Source: a virus
Strand: one strand, 5' to 3'
Length of the DNA: 64,000 nt
Virus record (IMG/VR): IMGVR_UViG_3300047551_002812
Span: 15,358 to 79,357 of that record
Within the stretch, counting starts at the first letter, position 1. Each line of letters opens with the position of its first letter. Below are positions 16,999 through 27,811 of the stretch, piece by piece. The notes below the pieces were generated by a model. The model was given only the letters and a program-made list of their open reading frames with translations, had not been told where the DNA came from and did not search any database. The translations under genes and the position numbers were made by a program.

Positions 16999-19900
16999 TC
17001 ACACTTTGGCTATAACGATCATACCGTGGTTAGCGTGCTCGTTTATCACCGAGTTACCCGACTGCTGGTAGAGGTAGTGGATGTTATGCAGTCCGGGGGT
17101 CAGTGATCTTGCCCACTGCGACCCCGCCGTGGTGTTATTGGTCTGGTTCTCGCCGTAGAACGCGTCGGACGGGGGTTTCCGTTCGGTGTCGGAGTCGACA
17201 TTGACATCGATCCCCGGAGCCACGTACGCAATAGAGGCGTCGCCCGGAGGGTTGTTGTAGATGTCCAGGAAGGCTGTGACCAGGGTCGAGGAGGCCTGGA
17301 CGAAACTCACGCGGGCGTTGGACAGGTACACAGGGGGAGTCTTCCATAACGCGTTCACCCCTACCGCCCCGCCATTCGTAATCGAGTTCCAACCATTACC
17401 GAAGAAGTAGATCGCCCTAGCATCGTACTGGTTGTGTAGGTTTGCGAGGTAGAGCTTAGGGTAGTCAGCGGCGTCTAATTGCCCGGTACCTGGGCTGGTG
17501 TAGTACGTCCCCCCGAGGTGCATTATTGACTTACCTGCAGTAGCTGTGGTTCTCACAATGCCCACCAGTCTCCTCGTCGGATCACCGCTCTTGTGAGGAA
17601 TTCCATCCTTACTCCCCCTGGTCGGCGGGGTGGTATTTCCTCCCCAGGACTGGAAGTCCATCGCCAGTACCGGAGCCTGAAGAGTACCGGAGTTGTAGAG
17701 GTACACGTCGAACGTGGTATCTGCCGTGAGGGCAACTGCAGGATTGCCGCTCTTGAGCTCAAATGATGGCAGGGTGGAGGTGGGAAACTTGAGCAGGAAC
17801 CATCTCTGTGTGGTGGAGTCGTACAGGGCGATCTCATTGCCATTCCACGGATGGACATATATCTTATCCGACTCCGGGATCGTCTCCGATGGCACATTCA
17901 GAGTGCTGCTGAGGCTCAACCTCAGGTTCACGACGTTTTTGATCGAGTCTCCTATGGCCTGGATCAGTGTGGCCGGAGTGACTGCGAGGGTGGTGGAGGT
18001 AAACTCCCTTACCTCGTCCGCAGTGGCGATCTCTATGATCCCCTTCTGGGTCTCCGAGGCCTCCTTGGCCGAGACTGTGAACCTGGTTATGTTATCATCC
18101 GGGGTGTTCGGATCGCCTCCGGGTAACTCCACCGACGCCGAGGTCACCTCGATGCCGGTTCCGCCCTCGATAGCGTTATCGAATCTGGCCTTCAGTTCGT
18201 TGGATAGAGCCGCGGCGGTAACCACCAGTTTGTCCGCGGCACCCACATTACCGGACACCTTAGACCCCCTGATAGTCGAGGTATCCGCCAACTGCACCAG
18301 ACCGGCCTTTGTCGTGGAGGCATAGACTTCCGGGAGAGGAGTCTGATTAGCGGTTATCGGCCCGGTAGTTGTATTGAAACTGGTCTTGGAGTCGAAGTAG
18401 ATCTTGGTATCAGCACCGAAGTATACGGAAGCGTCGTCGTTGAGGGCTAGACTGGACTTCACCACTACACTATTGAAGACCTGGTTAGTTACCGAGCCAG
18501 GCTCATTATCCGCCTCGAGTGGGATGGCGAACTGCTCGCCGGTTCTCAGATCGAAGACCGTGGTACCGATGTAGAAACTGCCCTCCTCGTTCATGCCGGT
18601 GGCGTAGACCTTACCGCCATTGCTCTCCACGATGATCTTGCCCAGGGCAAAGTCCTGCTCCAGAGGCTCACCCTGGAAGGTCGGGAAAGCGGTGTCGTAG
18701 TTCAGGTACCCGGTCCACTCCCAAGTGTGACCCGAGGCTCTGATGACTGACGGTCTGCGAAGTCCGATCAGGATACCGGACGAGGCCGATGTGGAGCGTA
18801 CTTTCAGAGGTACTGGATTCACCCCGGGCTCTATGACCCCAGGGATATAGACGCCGGGGCGATTGATCATCTCCGAGAGCGCGATTCTCGTGATGGATCC
18901 GACCGGATCCGCCGTCTGCTCCGGCTCGTCGTAGTTCAGAGCAGGATACAGATCTCCCGAGGAGACTTTCCGTGCTTGAGTGCCCTGCGTGAGGTAAGCG
19001 ACAAATCGACCATCCGAAGCACCCTTCTCCGCGAGTCTTCTCCTGTAGGCCTCGGGGTCGAATACCTCATCGTAGTCTCGGATCTGGGAGATGGTGAGAG
19101 GATCGTCGAGAAGCGTCGAACTTCCGTTGAGCGGATAACCATTCACCCCGAGTTGCTTCTCAAGGATGTAGTAGTTCTGAGGTCTCCTCATTCCCTCGTC
19201 TTTGATGAAGCCTTCGAGCACGATCCTGTAGATTCTCTCGTCAGACTTTCTCTTGTCGATACCTCTCACCGTGGAGATGGTGGCGCTCTGGAACAGGAAG
19301 TCTAGCGAGGAGTACGACAGTTCGGTTGGGGTGGGATTCTGGAGAATTTTGTACCTGAAGGCGTAATTGATCCGCTTGAGCAGATACCCGTCTCCGTCAA
19401 CATCCTCCAGTTCCTCTAAGATGGTTGAAGTGGAGACATTAACGTACCACTGGGATTTCTCCGTGTCCCACACGAAGATCTTGGAACTGTCATCCAGCTC
19501 GTTAAACCCAGGATAGGATGGAAGCGCTAACTGTATGTCCCCCGTGTAGAGGATGGAGTTGCCTTTCTCGTCGAAACCTTTGATATACAGTCTCTTTCTG
19601 TTGGCTCTCGAAGACCCCCCGGAGAGTTCGTAGGTACCATCGGACTTCTTGATGGTATAGGTAAATTGCCCGAAACCCATCTTCGAGCTGGATGGGACAT
19701 TACCCGTAGCGGAAAATGGAGAACTCGTGTTAGAACTCTTAACGTAGACCTTGATAAGGCTAGGGGGAACACCATTGACAGACTCGGAGATGTACTTTGT
19801 CTTGGTGAGTTCGTAGTCGAGTACCAGTCCGGTATTTATCTCCGTGTCCACAAGAGTCGGACCGGAACCGTCGGCGAGCACGGAGTAGGAGAGGGGCCGT

Positions 19901-22698
19901 GGTGGGACTATCTGCGAGATCTTCGTGCCACCGTAGGATCCTGACGGGACCCCTTCATCCTGGCTGAAAGACCTGGTCTTATACCCAACCGCGTGGAGCG
20001 AGATGTCACCAAAATCAGAGCAGGAGTTAGTGATGGATAGATCCGAACCGCTCTCGGAGACGAAGTGATCCGCATTTCCAATAACGAAGCAACTTACAAT
20101 CTGGATGGTGGCATTATTACTACCTTTGAAACCAAAGTGCCTGTACTTGAAAGGATCGGCCGGGCAGGGTCTGTACTGCTTGCCTGTGCCCTGCTCCTTG
20201 TTGGTGGGAGGATCGAGGTAGTAGGTGTTATTGGTGTAGCAAGTCGGGTCGGTCTGCAGTGAGACCTGGGTGAAGTTCGCGGTGACCATGGACCTGAATC
20301 CCGACACCAGAGCTCCGTCGGCGTGTAATCCATTCATACCGAAGATTGATCTTACCGAGCAGTTGAATACGTAAGGTGAGGAGGATCTGGTGGAGTTGAT
20401 GTCGGGAAGATCGAACACCCGCTGATCACCGGAACCCTGGTTTTTGATCTTGGAGGCTCCGGGGTAGGAGATCGGAGAGTCGACACGGGAATCACCCGCC
20501 GGGAAACCGGTCTGGTTCTCCTCGGAGTCCGTCTGGCGAAGGTTCTTGGAGTCATAGATAGGGGCAACGATCGTGGTCTCTGCCTGGATCGCTTCGAGTC
20601 CCTGCGACCCCCACCCGTCGTACTGACCGAACAGACTGTTCAGTTTGGAGTAGTAGGATGTCTCGACCGAGCTTCCAACGATCTCCGACTGCGAAGCGAA
20701 TCCGATAGCAGTCACGGTGTTGTGACTTCTGGAGATCTGAGGGTTGTCGGTAAAAGTGATAAGTGAGATATAACTACCACCCGTTACTTTGAAAATGCTA
20801 GTCCTATCGCGCTGAGGCTCCTCCTCAATCGGATTGAGTTCGGGGACATACATCGGCCTGACTCTGACCTTACGGGTATCGACGCCGTTGACCGAGATAC
20901 CGCGTGGGACAATCAGACCGCCCCCGGTAGGATTGATGAGGGAGAGGTTGTCGTAGTAAAGATTGTCGTCAAGCGGAAAATCACCTTTAACATACTCGAG
21001 AGTTATCTTCCAGATGGAAGAACTGAGACTCTCCTTCTCTACCTTGGAGATATTTCCAACACCTCCACTCTGCGAGTACAGGATCCTTCCGAGACTGAGT
21101 GTTCTCGGAGGTTGGGACAGAGTCGGGCTAAGAGAGTCTACGTAGATGACTAAAGCTCTATCCTGTTGTTCCCTATTCAGAACCTTGAACCCGGTGGGAA
21201 CTCTCTGCACAAGGCCCGTCTCCGCCGACAGTCCGGATACGCTTCCGGCCCCGGGGGAGTTATCCACGTAGTAATCGCCCGGGGCCAACTCGATGACGAT
21301 TTTGTCGTACCGGTCGTTGTACTGTCCGGCTCTGCGACTCTCCCTCACGGCCTCTACGAGGGCTCTCTCCACCGAACGGAAGGGTCTTGTTTGGGCAAAT
21401 CCGTTATTATTTACGGAGTCGTCTCCAACCGCTGGATCGACATAGATGATATTTTTTACAGTGGGATCGATGGTGGTACCGGTCCTGTCGCACCGAGGCG
21501 CGTTCTGCACCTTTATAAGACCACCCTGGCCATCGGCGTACACCGCGACCGACTGGTAGAACTCCTTGTAGCACTTGGAACTGGAGACCTCGTAGCGGTA
21601 CACCCCGTCGGGAGGGTTGGGATAGACGGCAGGGATGGTCTGCCCATCCGGGCATTCCTCGGCGAGTCGCTGTCCGACAAACTCCCTACCACCACAACTG
21701 AGGAAGGTGCCTAGAACAGGCGAGCAGTCCCCTCCGGGAGTCTCCTCAAACTTCCACTCGGAGGTAGCGCTGTGGTAAAACAGTTCGATGTGGGCATCCT
21801 TGATATTGATGATCCAGTCATCCACCGAATTGGCGATCTTGGTATCACCACCGGGCCTTATGACGATTGGGAACCGGTCGAAGGTCCCAGAGATGTCCAC
21901 AATGGCCACCCTGTCAGAGTCGGTCGGAGTGGCCGGTAGGGAGACGATCAAGGATCCATTTGACGTGTCCGCGATGACCCTCTCCCAGCTTTTTGCTGAG
22001 TACGAATCTACCTTGATACCCGTATTCTTCAGGATCCGGGGGTAGGTGTTCAGACTACCGACATAGAGGCCAGGTCTCAGGTCCACGTATCCCGTACCCA
22101 CCACCTCGCCATCGGAGTCGGTGGCTAGAGCGCTACCCGCGGAGTTCGTGACGAGTTTAGCGAGGGGGATATGCGGTACTGATACGGAGGGAAGGGCGGG
22201 TCCTATACTGAGCTGGACCGGGACACTAGCAGCGATATTCGCCTTGGCCACCGCCTCGTCAATGTAGATGTAGTTGATCTCCTCGCCGCTGATAAGCGCT
22301 ACCGACTGGATCTCCCACGAGATCGGTTGACCGTCACTAGAGATGATACTACCGGCCTCCACCCAGACGCCGTAGATGGTGGGATTGGTTCCCAGTTGTA
22401 CCAGAGTAGGAGGTCCGATCTCCTTCGCCAATGTTGTGGGATTGTAGGATTTCAGAACGATACCGTCGTGAGCCAGGCGTCCAATCGCGGTCTCTTTATC
22501 CTCACGTGGATCGGCTACCTCCCAGTCCTTAAGACTGTCCCGTTGACCGATCTTCCACCCTGCATGCTCGATGGAGGTTGGTTCGGAGTAGAAATCCGAA
22601 CGGTTAGTCCCGGCCGAGAAGCTAGAACCTTTCTGTACCTCGTTCAGGTATTCTACATTTACGATTGTTCCGTTATGGAACTGAACTTTGTCTAACAT
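16999..22698 (-). CDS. Very large virion/tail-fibre protein (1899 aa)
   Basis: gp9/10-like segment (DTSNGSLIVSLPATP..DRVAIVD), cyanophage structural blocks (IYVDP..GDD..RPFRSVERAL; SSSPYVFNCSVRS; RRPSVIRASGHTWEW) and gp34/gp12-like repeats (ASTTKAGLVQLA, ASETQKGIIEIAT). Confidence 0.75.
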   Translation of the reverse strand: MLDKVQFHNGTIVNVEYLNEVQKGSSFSAGTNRSDFYSEPTSIEHAGWKIGQRDSLKDWEVADPREDKETAIGRLAHDGIVLKSYNPTTLAKEIGPPTLVQLGTNPTIYGVWVEAGSIISSDGQPISWEIQSVALISGEEINYIYIDEAVAKANIAASVPVQLSIGPALPSVSVPHIPLAKLVTNSAGSALATDSDGEVVGTGYVDLRPGLYVGSLNTYPRILKNTGIKVDSYSAKSWERVIADTSNGSLIVSLPATPTDSDRVAIVDISGTFDRFPIVIRPGGDTKIANSVDDWIINIKDAHIELFYHSATSEWKFEETPGGDCSPVLGTFLSCGGREFVGQRLAEECPDGQTIPAVYPNPPDGVYRYEVSSSKCYKEFYQSVAVYADGQGGLIKVQNAPRCDRTGTTIDPTVKNIIYVDPAVGDDSVNNNGFAQTRPFRSVERALVEAVRESRRAGQYNDRYDKIVIELAPGDYYVDNSPGAGSVSGLSAETGLVQRVPTGFKVLNREQQDRALVIYVDSLSPTLSQPPRTLSLGRILYSQSGGVGNISKVEKESLSSSIWKITLEYVKGDFPLDDNLYYDNLSLINPTGGGLIVPRGISVNGVDTRKVRVRPMYVPELNPIEEEPQRDRTSIFKVTGGSYISLITFTDNPQISRSHNTVTAIGFASQSEIVGSSVETSYYSKLNSLFGQYDGWGSQGLEAIQAETTIVAPIYDSKNLRQTDSEENQTGFPAGDSRVDSPISYPGASKIKNQGSGDQRVFDLPDINSTRSSSPYVFNCSVRSIFGMNGLHADGALVSGFRSMVTANFTQVSLQTDPTCYTNNTYYLDPPTNKEQGTGKQYRPCPADPFKYRHFGFKGSNNATIQIVSCFVIGNADHFVSESGSDLSITNSCSDFGDISLHAVGYKTRSFSQDEGVPSGSYGGTKISQIVPPRPLSYSVLADGSGPTLVDTEINTGLVLDYELTKTKYISESVNGVPPSLIKVYVKSSNTSSPFSATGNVPSSSKMGFGQFTYTIKKSDGTYELSGGSSRANRKRLYIKGFDEKGNSILYTGDIQLALPSYPGFNELDDSSKIFVWDTEKSQWYVNVSTSTILEELEDVDGDGYLLKRINYAFRYKILQNPTPTELSYSSLDFLFQSATISTVRGIDKRKSDERIYRIVLEGFIKDEGMRRPQNYYILEKQLGVNGYPLNGSSTLLDDPLTISQIRDYDEVFDPEAYRRRLAEKGASDGRFVAYLTQGTQARKVSSGDLYPALNYDEPEQTADPVGSITRIALSEMINRPGVYIPGVIEPGVNPVPLKVRSTSASSGILIGLRRPSVIRASGHTWEWTGYLNYDTAFPTFQGEPLEQDFALGKIIVESNGGKVYATGMNEEGSFYIGTTVFDLRTGEQFAIPLEADNEPGSVTNQVFNSVVVKSSLALNDDASVYFGADTKIYFDSKTSFNTTTGPITANQTPLPEVYASTTKAGLVQLADTSTIRGSKVSGNVGAADKLVVTAAALSNELKARFDNAIEGGTGIEVTSASVELPGGDPNTPDDNITRFTVSAKEASETQKGIIEIATADEVREFTSTTLAVTPATLIQAIGDSIKNVVNLRLSLSSTLNVPSETIPESDKIYVHPWNGNEIALYDSTTQRWFLLKFPTSTLPSFELKSGNPAVALTADTTFDVYLYNSGTLQAPVLAMDFQSWGGNTTPPTRGSKDGIPHKSGDPTRRLVGIVRTTATAGKSIMHLGGTYYTSPGTGQLDAADYPKLYLANLHNQYDARAIYFFGNGWNSITNGGAVGVNALWKTPPVYLSNARVSFVQASSTLVTAFLDIYNNPPGDASIAYVAPGIDVNVDSDTERKPPSDAFYGENQTNNTTAGSQWARSLTPGLHNIHYLYQQSGNSVINEHANHGMIVIAKV

Positions 22699-22713
22699 GA
22701 TCAGGAGGATAAA

Positions 22714-23250
22714 TTAGGAGTTGGTGTTAACCCAAATGACTCTTCCCATCCAGTGAGTATTTGGACCAAAAGAGCTTAGTTCTATGAAGATGATTCGCCC
22801 GGGAGCCTTGTAGAAATCGATGGGATTATCAGCCGTTACATCACCGTCTCCTCCCCACGTAACGGGAGAAGACTTCCAGATCGCCTCACTTCCCCAATCC
22901 ACCGGATAGTCGAAGTAGGTGGTGGTGGTCTGTGGTAAAGACTCCGGGAACCTGAGTAGTATGCTATTCTGCCTGTAGTACCCCGGAGGAATATCCAGAG
23001 GATTCGTGTTGGAGATAGGCAGGTTGTCCGGCGAGGATACGTCCACGTCCAAGTAGTTACAGGTTAGAAGTGAGCCAGTGGGGTTGTTTTTAACCGCTCC
23101 TCCCAATTCAACCGGACTACCAACAGAGTCACCGGCCCAGATCCTCCCGTCCGCAACGTTGATACATACCTCACCTTCTTCAAGGTCGCCGATGAATGGC
23201 TCCTCTCCCGGTAGAAGAGTTGTGAGTTGCTGGAATGTCGCTTCGGCCAT
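22714..23250 (-). CDS. Tail-fibre-associated protein
   Basis: LEEGEVCINVADGRIW is a fibre N-terminal motif; first gene of the leftward operon. Confidence 0.55.
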   Translation of the reverse strand: MAEATFQQLTTLLPGEEPFIGDLEEGEVCINVADGRIWAGDSVGSPVELGGAVKNNPTGSLLTCNYLDVDVSSPDNLPISNTNPLDIPPGYYRQNSILLRFPESLPQTTTTYFDYPVDWGSEAIWKSSPVTWGGDGDVTADNPIDFYKAPGRIIFIELSSFGPNTHWMGRVIWVNTNS

Positions 23251-23274
23251 CAACAATACGATTTGTCTGATAAA

Positions 23275-23301
23275 CTTTAATCTACTTGTTATGGTTTAAA
23301 T
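23275..23301. promoter_or_regulatory. Divergent late-type promoters GATTAAAG (-) and GTTTAAAT (+)
   Basis: One-mismatch copies at 23275-23282 and 23294-23301 between divergent structural operons. Confidence 0.5.
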
Positions 23302-23325
23302 TCTAATATAGCAAAGAGTTTCGCC

Positions 23326-24378
23326 TTGAAGACGGGGTACATTACCGACAGATTCAGCACACTGAGCGGTCTCTCCTCCGTAGCGTACGGCGCTGCGGAC
23401 TCGTTTCGAGACGTGCAGAATCAGATTATAAGTGCGTCCCCGACAAGAATCTTTGATACTCACAGACCTTCCGACATCTTCCAAGGATCTCTGATCTCGG
23501 AAACCCACCTCGTTGAGACGGTGATAAGCGCGCTCCAGGAGGAGTACTCCTCGAATGAGATCTTCGGGGACTATATCGACGAGGTACTAGGAGCGAATTG
23601 GGTGGAGAGAATCAGGCCATTTGTGGCGAAAGATCTGTACTTAGAGGCGGATCTCTCTTCGGACTATGGAAGTAGACTGGAGGATTACGTACTAGGGAGT
23701 TTAAAACGAGTATTCCCTGGCCATAGCGAACTACTATCTCTTCGAGATAAGGTCATCTCCTCTATCCTTTCCGACCCTGCTCTAGGGACCGATGTAAGGC
23801 TTGTAGCGTTGGTAGCCTCGAATAATCCGCACAGTAAATTAAGCACTCCACCCCCGGACAGCGTTGTGGTTCTACTAGAGAGCATCGATCTGGATCGCGA
23901 TCACAGGGGGATCTCGTTTTCGACGGGGTACCTGACTCCACAAGACTACCAATCAGAAGTAGCGTATCCTGGGTTTTCAAACTCCACTTCAGTTCCGTCA
24001 ACGTTCAAAGATTCCGTACTAGATGGTTACGTCGGGTACCCTCCTGGAACATTGATGGAGCAGGTGTTCAATCCCGCCGGATCGGAGTCAGTGAGAGATA
24101 CCACGTTATCCTCAGTCGATGTTCTCTCCGACTCGGATGTATGGAATGCCTCGTCTGTACTCGGCCAGTTGGCGGATATACCTGGACTGATGAAGGGTGA
24201 CAGGGATATCTACGAGATTAGCCTTATAGGCCCAAGGATCAACAATCTTCTCTCGTTTGATCCGTCGACAATGTCGAATGGGGACTACTTTGACACTAGC
24301 TCACTACCTAAGATCCTGAACGCTGACGGGGAGGATGGGGTGCCGATGTCCTCACGTAATTTCTCCAATACATTCTAA
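23326..24378 (+). CDS. Putative baseplate protein (LysM/tail-X-like N-terminus)
   Basis: TLSGLSSVAYG resembles a LysM/gpX start; coupled to baseplate J. Confidence 0.4.
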   Translation: MKTGYITDRFSTLSGLSSVAYGAADSFRDVQNQIISASPTRIFDTHRPSDIFQGSLISETHLVETVISALQEEYSSNEIFGDYIDEVLGANWVERIRPFVAKDLYLEADLSSDYGSRLEDYVLGSLKRVFPGHSELLSLRDKVISSILSDPALGTDVRLVALVASNNPHSKLSTPPPDSVVVLLESIDLDRDHRGISFSTGYLTPQDYQSEVAYPGFSNSTSVPSTFKDSVLDGYVGYPPGTLMEQVFNPAGSESVRDTTLSSVDVLSDSDVWNASSVLGQLADIPGLMKGDRDIYEISLIGPRINNLLSFDPSTMSNGDYFDTSSLPKILNADGEDGVPMSSRNFSNTF

Positions 24379-25667
24379 TGTCAAATATCTACGGACCTAT
24401 TCTCCCGCTGCAACTTGATAGTCGTAATACCGCGGCTCTAGTTCGTGCGATACAGACCAGGATAAATCTAGAGTCGGGAGGAAAACTGAACGACTTTACT
24501 CCCGCGTCTCCTCTCTCGGCCATAAGTGAGGGTCAGGCACTCGCGCAGTCCGAACTCCTTTACTACCTTAACAACTTACCCGAGGCTTTCAGTCTCCAGT
24601 GGCTTAGACAACTTGGTATTCAGAGGAGGATCGGCTCCAGAGCGTTTGTAGATGTCACCTTCTACAAAGCACCTGGATACGGCAGAGTCGTTATCGTGCC
24701 TAAAGGAACTAGATTGTACTCAAATGCCGGACTCGAGTACGAACTTCTTGAGGAAGTGAGAATGCTGGAGACACAGGACTCCTTCACCGCGACCTGCAGA
24801 TCGAGGAAATGGGGATCGTCCTACAACGTAGGGGAGGGGGAAATAAATAAGATAGAGAAAGCCTTTGTAGGACTAGAATCACTACGTAATAACCTACCTG
24901 CCTCTGGAGGAAGCGATCTCGAATCCGTGAACGCTATGAAGAAAAGGGCATTCGAGGTACTGAGTAGGAGGAATCTCACCACCTCCACCGACTTCGAGAA
25001 TGAGATTACCAATCTTATCGGCTCCACCCCCATCATCAAGGTTCTTACATACGAGGAGAGGTATCAACTCTCCCGAATGCTATCTGGAAATGTCGTGATA
25101 TGCCTAGGGGATGAGAACGGTAAAGCACTCTCCGAGACAATCCTTCAGTACGTCATAGATTCGATGAGAAATAGGATCGCCATGGGTACTAATGTATCCC
25201 TAATAAGTCCGGAGATTGTGCCGGTAGATCTAGTACTAGAGGTATATTATGATCCAGCGGAGATAAATGGCAACACGGACCTGAAATCCAACGAGATACT
25301 ACAGGCGCTGAAAGACTACCTCAACCCGCTAAATCTCCCACTTGGAAGCGATCTTTTCTACCAGGACCTACTGAGAAAGATCTACGAGTTACCATTTATC
25401 AAAACCATTAACAACCTAGATATCAAACTGATGCTAAGGGACACCTCGATCACGGAGGGGTTCTGCGCGGGATTCAGCGGAACAGAGTCGGAGGAGCAGA
25501 AAAAATGTCTCTACAATTACCTCTCCGTAGTGAACTCCGACAATCAACTATTCTCTTCGGTGTCAGGAATCTCCTCTTACAAGCTTTATAACGCGCAGAT
25601 AACATTCACGTCGGTGAATGACTTTAGTCCACTGACATACACGTACACCGAGTTATACACACCATGA
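24378..25667 (+). CDS. Baseplate J-like wedge protein
   Basis: LNDFTPASPL, LGIQRRIGSRA.V.VTF, VPKGT, G..YNV, ASGGSDLES..KRA, TTSTDFE. Confidence 0.85.
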   Translation: MSNIYGPILPLQLDSRNTAALVRAIQTRINLESGGKLNDFTPASPLSAISEGQALAQSELLYYLNNLPEAFSLQWLRQLGIQRRIGSRAFVDVTFYKAPGYGRVVIVPKGTRLYSNAGLEYELLEEVRMLETQDSFTATCRSRKWGSSYNVGEGEINKIEKAFVGLESLRNNLPASGGSDLESVNAMKKRAFEVLSRRNLTTSTDFENEITNLIGSTPIIKVLTYEERYQLSRMLSGNVVICLGDENGKALSETILQYVIDSMRNRIAMGTNVSLISPEIVPVDLVLEVYYDPAEINGNTDLKSNEILQALKDYLNPLNLPLGSDLFYQDLLRKIYELPFIKTINNLDIKLMLRDTSITEGFCAGFSGTESEEQKKCLYNYLSVVNSDNQLFSSVSGISSYKLYNAQITFTSVNDFSPLTYTYTELYTP

Positions 25668-27799
25668 ATCTAGAGATATGGAACAGTATCAGTGTCAGAC
25701 GGAGGAACCCCTCACTCTCGTCTGGCCATATAGTCCTGGAATTTGATAGAACAAAGAAACCGAAACTATTCTCTCATAAGCTTGGAAGGATAACCTTCGA
25801 GGCAAAAAATATCAACTCCGACCGAGATAAAATCATTGAGGTGCAGAAGGGCAACCTCGGTGTAAACGGATTCGTATTCAAGAATGTCGGGCATACCTAC
25901 TCCGACAGTATTGTGATAGATAAGGATCAACTTTCTGGCTCCTACCCGGTGTACGCTCACGGGCATCCGCTTGGGGGGACGGAGCATGCCGGCATGGAGA
26001 GCTGCTCCAAGGAAGGGTTAGTATGTAAGGATGGAGAGGGCGAGGATAACCTGTGTAATCCTGGTAAGTGCATGATAGGAAAAATATCTTACGTTAGAAA
26101 CAGTAAGTGGAGATACGAGTCGAGTAATAAGTACAACTCCAACCTCCCTCTCGTCTACTACCTTAATGGCACGGAGGCAATAGAGCTCCGTTCTATACTA
26201 CGGGGAAAAGTGGTGGGGTTTAGTGACTCCGGGGCTGTTACGTTGAGCATCGATGCTCCAGCATCGAAGTACTCAAAGATCCTGCTTCCTCCAAAGTACT
26301 ACTTCTCAGAGGATTTTATAGACTCCGCCGTAAAGGTAATTGATAGTAGGCTGGGGAGCGTGCACAACCCGCCTAAACTAGATCTTATCGGAGTAGAGAA
26401 TAGAAAGAGTGAGTTTATATCGTCGTTCATGATTTCAGTATATCCCGGTACGTCCGAGGGGTACATCTCGAGTATATTGCATAGTAGTGAGGTAAACGAG
26501 AAGATTAAGTCGAATCTGTTATCCGTATTCTCCTCCCTACCACCTGAGTGGTTTGAACAGTGTTTCTCCGTTATCGAGGAGGAGTATCTGTATAGCGAAG
26601 TACGAAACTACACCAATCTCACCTTCATCTCCGCGGTTTACGACAGGGTCAAAAACTTATTTGAAAGTATCATACAGATCACCGGCAGTTCGTTTAAGAG
26701 CGGGTCTTTGGAGTACGGTAAGGACTCTATAGCTAGACCGGTGTACTCCAGACTACCGGGAGTATCAGAAGCGTACCGCTCCGACCCTCTCTTCTCCGAG
26801 AACGAGACTCCCGCAATGTGGTTGACTAGTGGCGTCGATGACTTTCTATCCAAGAAGAGGGAGCAGATCACCGCATTCTACCAGGACTATCTAGATGTAA
26901 GCACTTGTTCGCCTCTGGTTCTTGACTGGCTCGCCCAGCACGTGGGTCTATTCGGGGACCTGTGGGACCAGAGGTGGAACAGGGATATCAAGATGGCGCT
27001 CATAAAGAATGCTTTTGGGTGGTTTGATAGGCAGAAGACAAATACCATTCCCGGCGTTGGTGATGTAAACACTCCAAAAGGCGAGGCGTTAAACCAATTT
27101 CCCTTCTCCTCCGGGGTAACATGGACATCAACACTTTCCCAGGACAATAGCGACAGGGTGAAGTACGACGAGATAGGAAGAGCCACGTACAACGGGACGG
27201 AACTCGTCTCCGAGACGTTCTTCTCGCAGAGAACCTACAACCAGACCACAAACCTGGTATCTATCTCTAGTGTAAATGAGGTAAAAGTCTACGATGGTAA
27301 GTGGAATGGTCTTATAGAGGCCAAAGGTAGCCTTCTCTCGTTCGCGTTTCTAGCGTCCGTATTTGGTCTGAAGTCCCACTCGGCGCAGGAGTTGCAGGTG
27401 ACAGGCACGATTACTGAGACCTTGGACGATCAGACTCAGAGGCAGGTACTGATCAAGAGACCCAAGAGCGGACTTCGTAACGCCGAGGTGAGCGCTCCTG
27501 CACTGTGGCCATATAAATGCGATCCTCTTCAGGTGGGAGGAGAGACAGACGCGAAGATAGGTAATTATGTTAATCAGATGGTGGCCGGTGTTTCCAAGGC
27601 AACGGACCCCTTGAATTGCAAAAACGTGTTCTTCAGGGTTCCTTACTACTACAACAGGGACGGGAAGTCGTGGGACAGGGTAAAGTACATAGTGGATAAC
27701 TGGCTTCCAGACAACATGAATAAGAGAGTCCAGTACGCGTATCTCTCGGCGGGATTATGGGCCGTCGGGGACGCTTTCTTCGACCCTAACCAGGACTAA
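25664..27799 (+). CDS. Baseplate wedge protein with a P2 gpI-like domain
   Basis: YLDVSTC...LDWLAQHVG...W...K..LIKNA followed later by KGS; directly after baseplate J. Confidence 0.65.
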   Translation: MNLEIWNSISVRRRNPSLSSGHIVLEFDRTKKPKLFSHKLGRITFEAKNINSDRDKIIEVQKGNLGVNGFVFKNVGHTYSDSIVIDKDQLSGSYPVYAHGHPLGGTEHAGMESCSKEGLVCKDGEGEDNLCNPGKCMIGKISYVRNSKWRYESSNKYNSNLPLVYYLNGTEAIELRSILRGKVVGFSDSGAVTLSIDAPASKYSKILLPPKYYFSEDFIDSAVKVIDSRLGSVHNPPKLDLIGVENRKSEFISSFMISVYPGTSEGYISSILHSSEVNEKIKSNLLSVFSSLPPEWFEQCFSVIEEEYLYSEVRNYTNLTFISAVYDRVKNLFESIIQITGSSFKSGSLEYGKDSIARPVYSRLPGVSEAYRSDPLFSENETPAMWLTSGVDDFLSKKREQITAFYQDYLDVSTCSPLVLDWLAQHVGLFGDLWDQRWNRDIKMALIKNAFGWFDRQKTNTIPGVGDVNTPKGEALNQFPFSSGVTWTSTLSQDNSDRVKYDEIGRATYNGTELVSETFFSQRTYNQTTNLVSISSVNEVKVYDGKWNGLIEAKGSLLSFAFLASVFGLKSHSAQELQVTGTITETLDDQTQRQVLIKRPKSGLRNAEVSAPALWPYKCDPLQVGGETDAKIGNYVNQMVAGVSKATDPLNCKNVFFRVPYYYNRDGKSWDRVKYIVDNWLPDNMNKRVQYAYLSAGLWAVGDAFFDPNQD

Positions 27800-27811
27800 G
27801 AGAGGGCGTAC